From NCBI RefSeq assembly GCF_009914755.1, contig NC_060938.1: a DNA stretch of 64,000 nucleotides. One strand, written 5' to 3'. Positions within the stretch are counted from its first letter, which is position 1. Each line of letters opens with the position of its first letter. The notes under the pieces are model-generated. The model was not told the DNA's origin. It saw only the letters and a list, made by a program, of their open reading frames with translations, and did not search any database. This document shows, piece after piece, positions 1 through 19,992 of the stretch. The position numbers were made by a program, and so were the translations under genes. This stretch comes from the human T2T-CHM13v2.0 reference genome, Homo sapiens.

Positions 1-1297
1 TTGTGGTTGTCTGAATATGTCATCTGTGCTAGAGGCTCACACTTAGTCTTCATGAATGTTAATAAGAGTTAATTACCATCAAAGGAAGAATAGATGCACA
101 AGTGTCATCATGAAATGGGACGTGTGGGTGTGTGAAAAGAAAATCCAGGGTGAACCAGACTCAGTCTATGAAATTCAACTAAACAGATTGCCAAGAGGCA
201 AGTTTCATTTCTTTTTATTTTAGTCTCTTGTTGATTTGTCTGTGCTGCCAGGAATGTTTATCACTCCATCAACTCGTCCTTTAATATGCGATCTTGTTAT
301 TATTTAGGAAATGAAACAAAAACCTCCTTTGGCATTAAAATAATGAGATATTACTCTTTATGGGCAACTGTTAGGGGTTTTAGTAACCCACATATCTTTG
401 GTTCCCTGGGTAAAGGCTTATTGATTTTTCTAGCACTTGCTGTTAATGCTTGATGTTTGGCAATGGAGTCTCAGTCTACACGAGGGAGCTGTTTACACGG
501 TCAGCATAATTATTATTGGGTTGTAGAATGTACATGAAGCTACTGGTACTTACACTCTTACAACATTATTATTAAACTAAACCATTTTTTTTATTTCATC
601 GCTGTTACAGTTAAGGTCATAAGCACACCTATGGTGATCCCATTCGAACCTAAACTATATACAGTAAGAAGTTACAAAGTCAGCTCCCGAATATGGACCT
701 GTCCTAAAATGTGTTCAGAGAGATCAGTGGGATCCTGCATTACTGGTGGCAGAACCACTGTAAGATACAAGCAGGAAAAAGGCGTGATTTTTCTCTTAAC
801 ACCAGTCTCTTTCTCTCCCTACGTCTCCAGATACTTCACTCTCCTGCCTTTTTTCCAGACCTTAGTAACTCTAGCCATAGTCTCTATCAATGGAAATGCA
901 CTCCCTTTCCTATTTGTCAGTGATGTTATGTAAGTATTTCAAGGTTATCTGAATTAATCAAGGTTTTACAATAAACCTTTAGTGGCAGCCTGCTGGGTCT
1001 GGTGAGCTGACTCAGAGCAAAGCACTGGTAAGGAGGGGTCACCCACGAAGAAATTGGAAGGCCTGAGCAAAGAACAGAAATCGAGGAAGATGATCAGATG
1101 GTATATGTCCAAAGTGAAGGCAAGGTTGGTCATTTAGGCTTAGAGCACAGCTTCCTGAAATGTGTCCTTTGGACTCTTAGAACAGGGTCCATTTGAGGTC
1201 CACACCAGCCACTTCTAGAGCCAGAGACTTTGAGTCCTTGCCCCAGGATCAGTGGTTCTCAAACTATACAGGCAGTCAGGGATCTCTTTCTTTATCT

Positions 1298-1588
1298 TTT
1301 TTTTTGAGACGGAGTCTCGCTCTGTCGCCCAGGCTGGAGTGCAGCGGCCTGATCTCCGCTCACTGCAAGCTCCGCCTCCCGGGTTCACGCCATTCTCCTG
1401 CCTCAGCCTCCTGAGTAGCTGAGATTACAGGCACTCGCCACCATGCCTGGCTAATTTTTTTGTATTTTTAGTAAAGATGGGGTTTCACTGCATTGGCCAG
1501 GCTGGTCTTTAACTCCTGACCTCAGGTGATCCACCCGCCTCAGCCTCCCAAACTGCTAGGATTACAGGCGTAAGCCACTGTGCCTGGC
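1298..1588 (-). mobile_element. Alu SINE
   Basis: Poly-T followed by GAGACGGAGTCTCGCTCTGTCGCCCAGG...; flanked by a repeated CAGGGATCTCTTTCT (TSD). Confidence 0.9.
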
Positions 1589-2844
1589 ATCAGGGATCTC
1601 TTTCTAAGGGGCCTAATAGGAGAAATGAAGTGGGTGAGTGACAGAAGGAAGGGGAAGGCATTATGGTTCTACAGGCCTTCAATATTTCTGTCCCACAAAC
1701 AAATAATGGGAATCCACCATTTATTTATAACAGTCAGAAGGTCCAGTCTGGAATCTGCTCAAAGAATTTTCACCAAAGGAAGCCAGTTCTGGCTTCTCTA
1801 AATTATTTTCTGGCTGAACACAGTGGCTCACCCCTGTGATCCCAACACTTTGGGAGACTAGGAAGGGAGGATTGCATGAGCCCAGGAGTTCCAGACCAGC
1901 CTGAGCAACATGGTGAGACTTCCATCTCTACGAAAAATTTTATAAAAATTAGCTGGGCATTGTGGTGCACACTTATGGTCCTAGCTACTTGGAGTCTGAG
2001 GTAGGAGGATTACTTGAGCCCAGGAGGTTGAGGTTGCAATAAGCCATGTTTGTGCCACTGAATGCCAGTCTGGGTGATAGAGCAAGGCCATGTCCAAAAA
2101 AATTAAAATAAATTCTAATTTAGCAAATTACTTTATGTTCAAGACATTAAATGATAATTACCTCATCTAGATTAAGCTTGTGACTTTCTGCCTCTATTCT
2201 TTTAAAATTCTAAAAGATAGAAGATACCTGGAACTAGCACACATAATCTAGGCTAATTTTTGGACCCTGTATAGCCTTGATTCCTACACACACATACACT
2301 CAGTCTATCTACAAACTGAGCCTTTTATGTTCTACATTAACCTTCCTGAGAAACAGCTAATAGTGCAGCCTTTTTTTTTTTTTAAGTGATACAAACATGA
2401 CTCATTGAAACCTGGACCTCTTGGGCTCAAGTTATCCTCTCATCTCAGCCTCCTGAGAAACTGGGACTACAGACATGCACCACCACGCCTGGCTAATTGT
2501 TTTTGGGTTTTTTTGTTTGTTTAATTTTGGTAGATGGGGATCTCCTGATGTTGCCCAGGCTGGTCTGGAACTCCTGGCATCAAACCATCCTCCTGCCTCA
2601 GCCTCCCAAAAGGCTAGGATTACAGGCATGAGCCACTTTGCCTGGCCTCTTTTTTTCAATTTTTGTCAATATTGAGGAAATTAAAACACTTTATTATACC
2701 CTTCTTAATCATACCACTAGAAGTGTTTTTTCTCTGCCTACCTAAAAACCCAAATCCCTAATACACCAATTACCATTAAAGATAGTTTTTAAGAACGATG
2801 TCCTAGCAGAGGTTATGCAAGCAGGCTGCTTTAAAACTGTTGAA

Positions 2845-3508
<664 letters not shown>

Positions 3509-3569
3509 TAAAACTGTTGGGGGCATTAGCCACACGAACAACTGTCCAAAAGCCAGGGTCTCTGGTTTT

Positions 3570-4085
3570 TGTTGTTTTTGTTTTTACAGTTTTATTGGTT
3601 TTATTTAAACCCCAATAAAACAAACACATTCACTGTCTATTCACTTTCTGCACTGTGCAGGCTGGCATTGGCATTGGTGACTCTGATGACCACCTGGGCT
3701 GCTCTTTCCAAGATGGCTTTGCAGTTCTTGGAAGAAACATCATGAGTGATCTCAACACAGTAAGATTTGTTGCTCACCAGCAGTACTTCCAGCTCCTTAA
3801 CGTTGTGGACCAGGAACTTCCAGAAGCCACTGGGCAGTATGTGCTTTGTCTTTTTGTTTCTCCCATAACCAATGTTGGGCATAGATCTGGCCCTCAAACC
3901 TTCTATGAACCCTGTTGTCAATACCTCTGTGTTTCCACCAGTTACCCTTAATTTTGACATATCAGTCTGACTGGTTCCCAGTGAACTTGGTGCTCTTTTT
4001 GATGATCTTGGGCTTCGCGAGCGGTCTCAGGATGGCCATGATGGAGGAGATGGGTGTCACCTCCATAGGCAGTGCCAAGGAAGAC
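3570..4085 (-). pseudogene. RPL32P29: RPL32 (eL32) processed pseudogene (probably RPL32P29)
   Basis: RPL32-like 5' UTR, ATG at 4039 giving [18 protein letters not shown] then a premature TGA (3962-3964); frameshifted continuation [26 protein letters not shown] ending 3637; AATAAA x2 and decayed poly-A; no introns. Confidence 0.9.
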
Positions 4086-4098
4086 AGCTCAGGTCTTT
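4057..4098 (-). CDS. RPS29: RPS29 alternative last exon, coding part KDLSCLPWHCLWR* (67-aa isoform)
   Basis: Polypyrimidine tract and CAG acceptor (AG at 4100-4099), phase 0 like the exon 2 donor; matches the RPS29 isoform 2 C-terminus as I recall it. Confidence 0.8.
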   Translation of the reverse strand, partial: KDLSCLPWHCLWR

Positions 4099-4722
4099 CT
4101 GTAATGGTAAAAGAGGACCCATAAAAAGTGAAAAAGCAATGATGCCCAACCAAATTCAATAAATTTGTACTGCATGCCTGCCCTGTGAAACATGTTATGT
4201 CACTATCAGGATCTAGATTGAGTGGAATTAATTCAGAGAACACCAAAGATCACTCTAAATCATGTTTTAGAGAAACAGTTGAAATAATCAGAGATGGTTA
4301 TACTGGAAATAAGAAGATTCTAGGAAAACATGAGAGCCTTCATGCCTAAATATTTAGCCCTTTTTTTTTTCAGAGATTAGACTTGTTTTGTACAGGACAA
4401 CACAGAATTAATATCAATGAGTAGCAGTCAAAATCAGTAGAATGAAATCATAGCAACCTAAGAAAAAACTTACCATCAAAGCAATCTAAAAATAGAATGA
4501 GCTGTTTTAGGAGGAGCAGAAGCCTCACTAGCAATATTGGTACCAGGGACATTATACACTGCAGTATCTGGATACTCAATCTCTAAATGAGTCTTAATCA
4601 GATACTGCTACAAATCAAATCATAAATCACATCACCCAAAGTCAAATGCTGCTAACATAATGACATGTTTCCTTCTGATTTTTTTCCCTGTGTACTTGTT
4701 TTTTAACATAATAAAATTGTAG

Positions 4723-5110
<388 letters not shown>

Positions 5111-5294
5111 AGCTTTCACTTTTTGTTGAACATTTACAGTTTAGTGGTAAGAGCAGTTTTCAAGACATACTACCTGGTTGAATCTCTCTTACTAGCTATA
5201 CAATCTTGGGAAAGTTACTTATTCATTGTGCCTCAGTCACCTCATTTGTAAAATGGGGACGGTACCTCAGGGAATTGTTGTATTAAAGGAGATT

Positions 5295-5646
5295 CTACAG
5301 CCAAAATGTTTATGTCCCCCATAAAATCCACATGATGAAACCCTAGCCTGTGGGTTGTAGGAGGTGGGGCATTTTGGAAAGAGATTAGGTCATGAGAGGT
5401 CAACCCTCATGGGAGTAGTTCCCTTATAAAATAAGCCCAAGAAAGCTCATTTGCCCTATCCACCATGTAAGGACACAATGAGAAGGCACCATTTATGAGT
5501 CAGGAAACAGCTCTCACCAGACATGAAATCTACCAGCACCTTGATCTCAGACTTCCTAGCCTCCAGAACTGTGAGAAATAAATGTCTGTTATTTAAGCCA
5601 CTCAGTCTACTGGATTTTGTTACAGTGGCCCAAAGACACTAAGACA
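5295..5646 (+). mobile_element. MLT1-type (ERVL-MaLR) LTR next to a MIR fragment
   Basis: CTTGATCTCAGACTTCCTAGCCTCCAGAACTGTGAGAAATAAATGTCTGTTATTTAAGCCA and terminal CTAAGACA are typical of MLT1. Confidence 0.75.
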
Positions 5647-6841
5647 GAATCCAAACCTAAGAATATATCCTCTGCCAGAGTGGTGGCTCACACATGTAGT
5701 CCTAGCATTTTGGGAGACCAAGGCAAGAGGATCACTTGAGGCCAGGAGTATAAGACCAACCTGGGCAACACTGCAAGACCCTGTCTCTACAATAAATTTT
5801 GAAAAACAAAGAATAGATCCTCTATGTTCCAATGGTTGTTTGGGCCTCTCCTATAGCACCTACCATCTTTTGCCATCAACACTTATTGAGCTTTTACTAA
5901 GTAATTTAGTTCAATTCCCCAACAAATGAGGACCTATTAATCTACAAGGCATCTTGCTATGTGCTTGGTATGCATGTAAATATGAAAGGAAACACTTACT
6001 CCTGCCCTCAAGTAACTAAGTGATCTTTGGGAATAAGAGATGCATAGTCCTCTAACCATACAATAAGTGTGTTGTGAATATTAAGAGCATAGGCACTGAT
6101 TTCAGACAGACCCAGTTCCAGTCGTTTTGTCTCTTTCTTTGGGAGACCTTGGGGAAATTACTTAATCTCTAAGCCTCAGTTTCCTTGGCTATGTAATGAT
6201 GATAATACCTGCTGAAAAGTACTCTAAGACTGGAAAAAGGCAATGTGCATAAAGCACTTAGACCACCTATCCACAGCAGCCTTCCCACTCACTACCACCA
6301 TGTATACACAGGGATAGGACTGTCTAGGGAGTGTTTCCCTTCCATTACCTAAGGCACTGCACGTCTCTTACAGAATTTATACCAGGCCATCACACTGGAC
6401 CAGAGCCCAGCCCATCCAAGAGACTCTCATGACCAAATCAAACACATATCACACCCTTTTTGACCTAACTCACCACTACATATGTAAGCTTCTCTCATCA
6501 TCTCCCAAACTTTTTTACATTTGCTTAGCTGACACAGCTTCTCATCCACTCTATCTGCAATACCAGCTCATCCCATTACCAATAAATCTTTTCTACATCC
6601 TCAACCTCATCTCCCAATATTCTTCCCACCTCCTTACCCAGACTGAAACCTGGCTCTTTCCTAGACACTTCCCCAACACCAACTTTATCATCACATACAC
6701 CTGGGGTTCAGGGTTAGGAGCACAGGTGGATTTACTATGAAGCTTATGAAACTTAAACTCCAGTATCCCTAACTTCTACAAGCTCCTTCTAAGGCAAGTA
6801 TACTAGGAATGTGTTCAATCACATGTTTTCAAAAAATTGGC

Positions 6842-7460
<619 letters not shown>

Positions 7461-9914
7461 AATTGGCAAAGATAATTTAGCTGCAACCAGTTAAGATGCT
7501 CTTTCCATTCCAGCTTCCCTTCTGTCACACTTCCCCTCCTCTCAGATAAAACTGGGGTTACCAATTCTGTCTTAATCAAAGGCACACAATACAGTTGATC
7601 ACTCATGTCACTGCTTAAAACAGATTCTACTTGGATGTCTAAGACAAGTCTCAAAGTCAACATGTCCAAATTGAACTTTCTATTCTTCCCAAACCTGGAA
7701 AGGCCTATCTCAACAGCAATTCTATCCTTCCAGTTGCTCAGGCCAAAATCCTTGGAGTCATTCTTAGACTGGGTCTCATTCTGTTGCCCAGAGTGCAGTG
7801 GCACAAGCCTCCCAAGTAGCTAGGCGTGCACAACCACACCTGGCTAATTTTCTCTTTTAAATTTTTGCTATTCTCCCGCCTAGGCCTCCCCAAGTGCTGG
7901 GAATACAGGAGTGAGCCACTACGCCCAGCCCCTAAGAGTCATTATCTACTCCTATCTCCCGTATCGGTTCCTTCAACAAACCTTGTCTCCCACAGTAAGG
8001 CTGGCTGTAGTGGTGCTCACCTGTAATCCCAACACTTTGAGAGACCAAGGCGGGCTGATCACTTGAACCCAGGAGTTCAAGACCAGCCTGGACAACAAAC
8101 CCCGTCTCTACTAAAAACACAAAATATTATCCTGGCATGGTGGTGTACACCATGTCCCAGCTACTCAGAAGGCTGAAGTGGAAGGATAGCTTGAGCCCAA
8201 GAGGTTGAGGCTGCAGTGCGCCACTGCACTCCAGCTTGGGTGATAGAGCAAGACCCTGCCCCCCCAAAAAAAAAAAAAAAAACTTAGTGACTATCTCAAC
8301 CACTCCCATCTATCCTAATGCAAGCAAATATCACTTGCCTAGACTATTGCAATAGCTTTATTTCTACCTCTGCCTCAGTGAAATGAACTTAAGTTCATTG
8401 CTGGGCACAGTAGTGCACACCTGTTGTCCCAGGTACTTGGGAGGCTGCAGGAGAATCAGTTGATCCCAAGAGTTCAGACTAACCTGGACAGCATAGTAAT
8501 ACCCCACCTCTACAAAAGTAAGTTTCCAAATGGATTCTCATCTCACAATATCTAACTATAACCTACAGGGCTACTACAGACCCTGGCCAGCTTTCTCACT
8601 CTTCAGCCACAACTTTGCTATTTCTCTGATTCCATCCAGGAATTCTCTTCCCCACAGAATCTATGCTGTAACCTCTATTAAGTTCATAAGCCAAATTTAA
8701 GTATGGCTTTCTTCTCTGACCTCAACATCTAGCACATATACCTCTTTTAACCTGCTTTTTTTCAAATAATGCACATTATTATGTATTGCTGCTCTATCAG
8801 CATATAAATTCAATTGAGAAGTTTTCATTCACTACAGAATTCTGCATCTGGCATACAGAACTCAAGTATTTGTACAATTGTTATCCACAAGTGGTAGAAC
8901 AGTACTTTCCAAACTTGGATTGCGTAGGGGCTCTTGTTCAAATGTACACCAATTCAGGAGGCACAGGGTATACCCTAACAACACATTTCTAATAGGCTTC
9001 CAGATGACAACGTGTCAAATCCCAAGAATTTTCACCTACCTTCATTTATTCCATCTCACGTCAGCCACCTGCATTACCAATGTTAAAGCAACCACACACT
9101 ATACCTACACTTCACCTTTTACTGAGTCCAACTTGTACAACCCCTCCAAGTGCTCCCAACTGCTTTTCCCCACAAATACGCACATGCACACATTGACAGA
9201 TGACAGACCCTGTATCTATTCAAAAGTGTGTGAACATATATGTATATAAATTCCTTAAAACATTTTTTTCTTTAAAGAGACAAGCTCTCAGTATGTTGCC
9301 CAGGGTGGTCTCCTGGGCTCAAGCAATCCTTCCACTCTGACCTCCCAAAGTGCTGGGATTACAGGCCTGAACCTGCCAGGTTTTGTAAAGTATAAAAATA
9401 AAATTGGCATTTACCAGTTTACTGGCTGGTATGATTTTATGTTAACTCAGAGAAAATAAGCCATTGATACAAGTTTATTGAGAAGGTAATAAAATGTAAG
9501 TTTTTAAAGGATTTCTTGCCGGGTGCGGTGGCTCATGCCTGTAATCCCAGAGCTTTGGGGGCCCAAGGCGAGCAGATCACGAAGTCAAGAGATCGAGACC
9601 ATCCTGGTCAACATGGTGAAACCCCCATCTCTACTAAAAAGAGAAGAATTAGCTAGGTTTGGAGGCTGAGGCAGGAGGCTTGAACCTAGGTTGCAGTGAG
9701 CCGAGATCGCGCCACTGCACTCCAGCCTGGCGACAGAGGGGGACTCAGTCTCAAAAAAAAAAAGAAAAAGATTTCTATAAACAATTAGCTATTCCAGTCA
9801 CATTAGAACACTCATAAACTGAAGGGTTTTTTCAAATGTTTATTTTATATACAAAGAATTATCATGGTTTTTCATTGAGTAGATGCCCCGGATAATCCTC
9901 TGAAGGAAGAGCAT

Positions 9915-9923
9915 TTAGTCCAA
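9915..9923 (-). CDS. RPS29: RPS29 exon 3 coding part (LD*); 3' UTR extends to about 9820, AATAAA at 9844-9839
   Basis: Poly-T tract, CAG acceptor, TTG GAC TAA. Confidence 0.93.
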   Translation of the reverse strand: MD

Positions 9924-10239
9924 CTGAAAAAAAAAAAGCAGATGATTTATTTCAAAATGCTTTAAATCTCTACTTGATTCTCACAAAAAAAAGGCTCATT
10001 ATAGAATGTTATAGAATTACAGAACTGGACCTTTGACCTATCCAAACCACACCAGATTCTATGTAGTTTAAATATTTACTGAATGCCTACTCCAGAATCA
10101 ACCATGTTTTAGAACGATTTTTAGTAACGCTATCGCACTTCTTCCATCAAAGTAATGTTTCCCAAAACACTAGTAAATGATCTTTACCAAATGCACAGGA
10201 TAGTTGTTCAGTAGGCAACTATAATTACACAGTTCATCA

Positions 10240-11648
<1,409 letters not shown>

Positions 11649-11685
11649 TTAATACATATATTTGGTTAGAAAATATCTAGGTACA

Positions 11686-11850
11686 GCCGCGCGTGGTGGC
11701 AAGAGCCTTTAGTCCCAGCTACTCGGGACGCCAAGGCAAGAGGATCGCCTGAGACCAGGAGGAGTTCGAGGCTGCAGTGAGCCGTAACAACGCCACTGCA
11801 CTTCAACCTGGGCGACAGAGGGAGACCCTATCTCTAAAAAAAAAAAAAAG
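11686..11850 (+). mobile_element. Free Alu monomer (FRAM/FAM-like)
   Basis: Single right-arm-type monomer with poly-A and many retained CpGs. Confidence 0.65.
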
Positions 11851-12102
11851 AGAATAGGTACTTACAAGATTGATAAATGAAACAAATGTAAAACAATTTT
11901 AGTGGCTTCTCTAAAGTGAATTTCACCAAACACAATACACGGCACCTAAAACTGGCTAAGCTATCTAGGTAAAAAAGGGAGTAGGAAAGACTAAGTCCTT
12001 CACCTTCTCCATTCTATTAATTTGATTGCCCAAACCATCAACACTGTCACCAGCTACCAACTAAAAAAAGAGGAAAAGCTCTTGGTCGAATGCTCAGAAT
12101 TA

Positions 12103-12525
<423 letters not shown>

Positions 12526-12535
12526 CTATTTCTCA

Positions 12536-12831
<296 letters not shown>

Positions 12832-13130
12832 GCCGGGCGCGGTGGCGCGTGCCTGTAGTCCCAGCTACTCGGGAGGCTGAGGCTGGAGGATCGCTTGAGT
12901 CCAGGAGTTCTGGGCTGTAGTGCGCTATGCCGATCGGGTGTCCGCACTAAGTTCGGCATCAATATGGTGACCTCCCGGGAGCGGGGGACCACCAGGTTGC
13001 CTAAGGAGGGGTGAACCGGCCCAGGTCGGAAACGGAGCAGGTCAAAACTCCCGTGCTGATCAGTAGTGGGATCGCGCCTGTGAATAGCCACTGCACTCCA
13101 GCCTGGGCAACATAGCGAGACCCCGTCTCT
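12832..13130 (+). ncRNA. RN7SL1: 7SL RNA (signal recognition particle RNA)
   Basis: 299 nt GCCGGGCGCGGTGGCGCGTGCC...GAGACCCCGTCTCT with the Alu domain split by the S domain (GCCCAGGTCGGAAACGGAGCAGG); all CpGs intact; upstream ATF site. Confidence 0.98.
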
Positions 13131-13133
13131 TTT
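13130..13133 (+). terminator. Pol III terminator (TTTT) of RN7SL1
   Basis: T4 at the 3' end of 7SL, with back-up T-runs near 13152 and 13187. Confidence 0.8.
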
Positions 13134-14729
13134 GAACAATAAATACGTTAATTTTGGACTCTCAAGAGATGAATATTCTCATAGTCTTTTTTATTGATTA
13201 AACCTTTTACTTTCTTTTAATTAAAACGTTACACTTGGGAAAGGAGTTTTTCCTCGACTCACCAGTGACACCTACTGGAATAAATTTACAAAACAACTTA
13301 AAATCAGCTGTAATGATCACGAGTCAACGGTAGGGTTTGCTTTTATTTTGTTAAAGAGAGTACGTTTTCAAATTTATTTTTTTGACACACTCCTCCAAGA
13401 AATACACCTACACCATTCCAAAAAAAAATGAGATTCTTTGGCATTTAGTGTATTTGATTCTTAAATGTAATTGGCTGAATGTAAAGTAATAAACAAGTAA
13501 TGTGCAGTGTATGTTGCTTTGACCAGATAATTTGGTGACAAAACAAGTAATGAAAAGCAAATGCAAAAATGCAAAAAACCAATGTCAATAAACGAATTTC
13601 TGCTGAAAGATACCTACATTCCATATGGTCATTTATAATGCCTCCAGATAAAACTGCTCTGAAATCAAAGCTTTAACTAGATTTATAAAATGTAGCACAG
13701 GGTGCAACAATTCCAGAAACTTTTACATATAAACTTTTATAAATTGAAATACAACACTTCTTTAAGGTATGTTATGTCAGGGTTCTAGTGGGGTCCCCCT
13801 ACCCAATCATTAAGTTAGGCATTGTATTATATGATTAAGGAAGGAGGGGAGTCAGAGATTTGTAAACTAGATATAACTTGCTCCTTGCCCTCAAAATTTT
13901 CTAATCTGTGGGAAACAGGATTATCTCCAAGACTTCAACATACAACGTTTGTGCACCAACAACATATGTACAGCTAAGGAAAATATTCTGTATTAAATCA
14001 TGGGTGTGCTCATGAAGTACGAAAGGAGCCAAGAAGAGAAATTAATTCCAGTTCGAGGTACATTTGAGAGACCTTTGAGGTAGACCTTGAAGAATGGGAT
14101 TTCTACAGGCAGCACTTGACAGAAGGGAATGCCTGGTGAAAGGAAGCGCTTGAGCCAAGGTAAGGTGAACAACTTTGTGTAACTAGAATAGAAGATGGAC
14201 AAAAGGCCTAGTGATAGGAATGAAAAGGTATTTTATTTTAAAGCCTCATTGGGCAAGATCCAATGTCAAGCTTTTACAACTTTCCTATAATTTATATCAG
14301 TCACTAATGTGTGGTTTCCAAAAGCCATTTGCCTCTCAAAAGCTAATCTAACATTTGTCCACACTTTCTTAGGCCTCTTCTAGTTGGTCTCCACAATATT
14401 TAAAACATTACAGTGGTTCTGAGATCAATTCCATTAATATTTTTAGTACTCTGATATATAAGCCTTTGGGCCTAAAGAAGTGAATTCATTTAGGAGAGAA
14501 AAAAAGACAAATGAGAAGCAATTAGTTGCACTTCAACAATCTTAATCTGAATACTTAAGTAATTCTTAATACTTATTCTAGTCTATACATTATTCTCTTT
14601 GATAGAGATATTGCAAAAGTGCAGCTAAGACGTCGTACTTCCTTTCAGTTTTAAGATAATGTGACACCATCTATCCCAAACCATGAAATTATCCATTTCT
14701 TTTTCAACAAACTGAGAACACAGCTTTAA

Positions 14730-15435
<706 letters not shown>

Positions 15436-15821
15436 CTTAGTTCTCTTTTATACATGGGTTTGAAATGCTTCTTCTTTTAGAACACATTTTCCTTTAATAG
15501 GATATTTATTGGGTTTGGGTTCTTTGTTTTTTAAAAAATGTACAATGAAGTGCAAAGAAAAAGAAAAAAAAAAGTGCCATAATGTCCTTGCCCAGATAAC
15601 CCTACTAATATTTTTCTTTTGAAAAACTAAAAGTAATATACATGTAAGATCGAAGCATTCTAACACTGCAAAGTATAGATCTTATTTTTAAGTACATTGG
15701 AATAATATGCATGTTAGGACACTATTATTCAAGATGTCTTTAATTTTCTTTCTCAAATTATTCTTACAGTCTTCTGTGATCATCCATCCAGAATTTAATC
15801 ATTTAAAAACCTTCATCTTAG

Positions 15822-16435
15822 ACGTATACACTGCTGATGGGAATGTAAATTACTTCAGCACTGTGGAAAGCAGTTTGGTGATTTCTTAAAGAATTTAAAA
15901 CAGAACTGTCATTTGACCAGCAATCCCATTACTGGATATATACCCAAAAGAATATAAATCATTCTACAGTAAAGGCAAATGCATATGTATGTTCATCGCA
16001 GCACTATTCACAATAGCAAACACACTGAATCAACCTAAATAGCAATTTTTTAAGCAACAGTAGACTGGATAAAGAAAATGTAGTACATATACACTATGGA
16101 ATGCTACACAGCCACAGAAAAGAACAAGATCATGTCCTGTGCAACAGCATGGATGGAGCTGGAGGCCATTATCCTAAACAAACTAACACAGGAACAGAAA
16201 ACCAAACACCACGTTCTCACTTATAAGTGAGAGCTAAACATTGAATACACATGGACCCAAAGAAAGTAATAGACAGCAGGGCCTACTTGAGGGTAGAGGG
16301 TGGGAGGAGGGTGAGGATTCGAAAAGTACCTATTAGGTACTAAGCTTATTACCTGGGTGATGAAATAATAACCCCTGTGACACACAATTTATCTATAGAA
16401 CCAACCTGTACATGTTTCCTTGAAACTAAAAGTTT
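15822..16435 (+). mobile_element. 5'-truncated LINE-1 3' end (L1PB/L1MA-like)
   Basis: CAGCAATCCCATTACTGGATATATACCCAAA, GCAGCACTATTCACAATAGCAAA and GTTCTCACTTATAAGTG are typical of the L1 ORF2 end and 3' UTR. Confidence 0.88.
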
Positions 16436-16448
16436 TTTTAAAAACACC

Positions 16449-18166
<1,718 letters not shown>

Positions 18167-18485
18167 CAATTTGATTTTTTAAAGTCCACTTAGCAAGATT
18201 CAATTTGATTTTCTGATGAGACAGAGCGTATTTTCCTATGTTTATAAGCCAGACATATATCTTTATCTGGGAACTTTTTTGAGTCCACAGCCCAATTTTT
18301 TTAATCCATTGGTAAGCTAGTTTATATATTTATAAATACTTATGTATAAGGAAATACACCTTTGACCTTCATATAAGATGCAAAGTTATTTTCTTTGCCA
18401 CCATCCCAGATTCTTACTTATTTTTTAAATTTGTTTATGGTATATTTTTCCATGCAAAAAGTTTTTTTTTTTATTTTTTATTTTT

Positions 18486-18582
18486 GGCTAGTCAAGTGAA
18501 GCAGTGGGAGTGGAGAAGGAACAAATAAATCTGTAACTGGTTGTAATTAATTAGTTGTAAACTCCACTGCACTCGGACCAGC
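18486..18582 (-). pseudogene. Y3 RNA (RNY3) retro-pseudogene
   Basis: Reverse complement GCTGGTCCGAGTGCAGTGGAGTTTACAACTAATT...CTTCACTTGACTAGCC matches hY3; A-rich tail; 16-bp TSD CCATGCAAAAAGTTTT (18450-18465, 18584-18599). Confidence 0.93.
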
Positions 18583-18609
18583 ACCATGCAAAAAGTTTTA
18601 AAGTCTATG

Positions 18610-19165
<556 letters not shown>

Positions 19166-19631
19166 TTAAAATTAACTTGTCACACTACTGCCTTTAGGTT
19201 TTGCATCAAAATTCTTTAAAGGTTACATGTGTTTTCCTGTGATATTTTTAAAGTTTTTATTTAAATCTTGAAACCACCTAAAATTTATGTCACTGTTCCC
19301 CAGGAATGAAGGAGAAATTCAGCTTTTTTCTCCTCCCAAATGGCTACTTATCCCAACACAAGCCGTATTAATTGCATGTAAGCCTGCTGTATTCTAGCAC
19401 AATGCATGCTTTCAGAAATATTTGCTAAATGAATAAATGAAAAGCAGTATTTGTTTATTCTTTCTACAAATATGCATTGAGTACCGACTGCATATAACCA
19501 CTATGCTAGGCTTTGCATATAACAGTAATGACTCAGAAGCCAGGAAGCATATCATCTAGCGGTGAAGATAAGCATTAAATAAGTAATCATATAGCAATAT
19601 TTTGAACAGGATAAAATTCCTCTTACAGTCA

Positions 19632-19823
<192 letters not shown>

Positions 19824-19830
19824 CTACTCA

Positions 19831-19992
<162 letters not shown>

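Noticed and set aside
8881-8889. TTATCCACA (bacterial DnaA-box match)
   Set aside because: A single 9-mer in human DNA is expected by chance.
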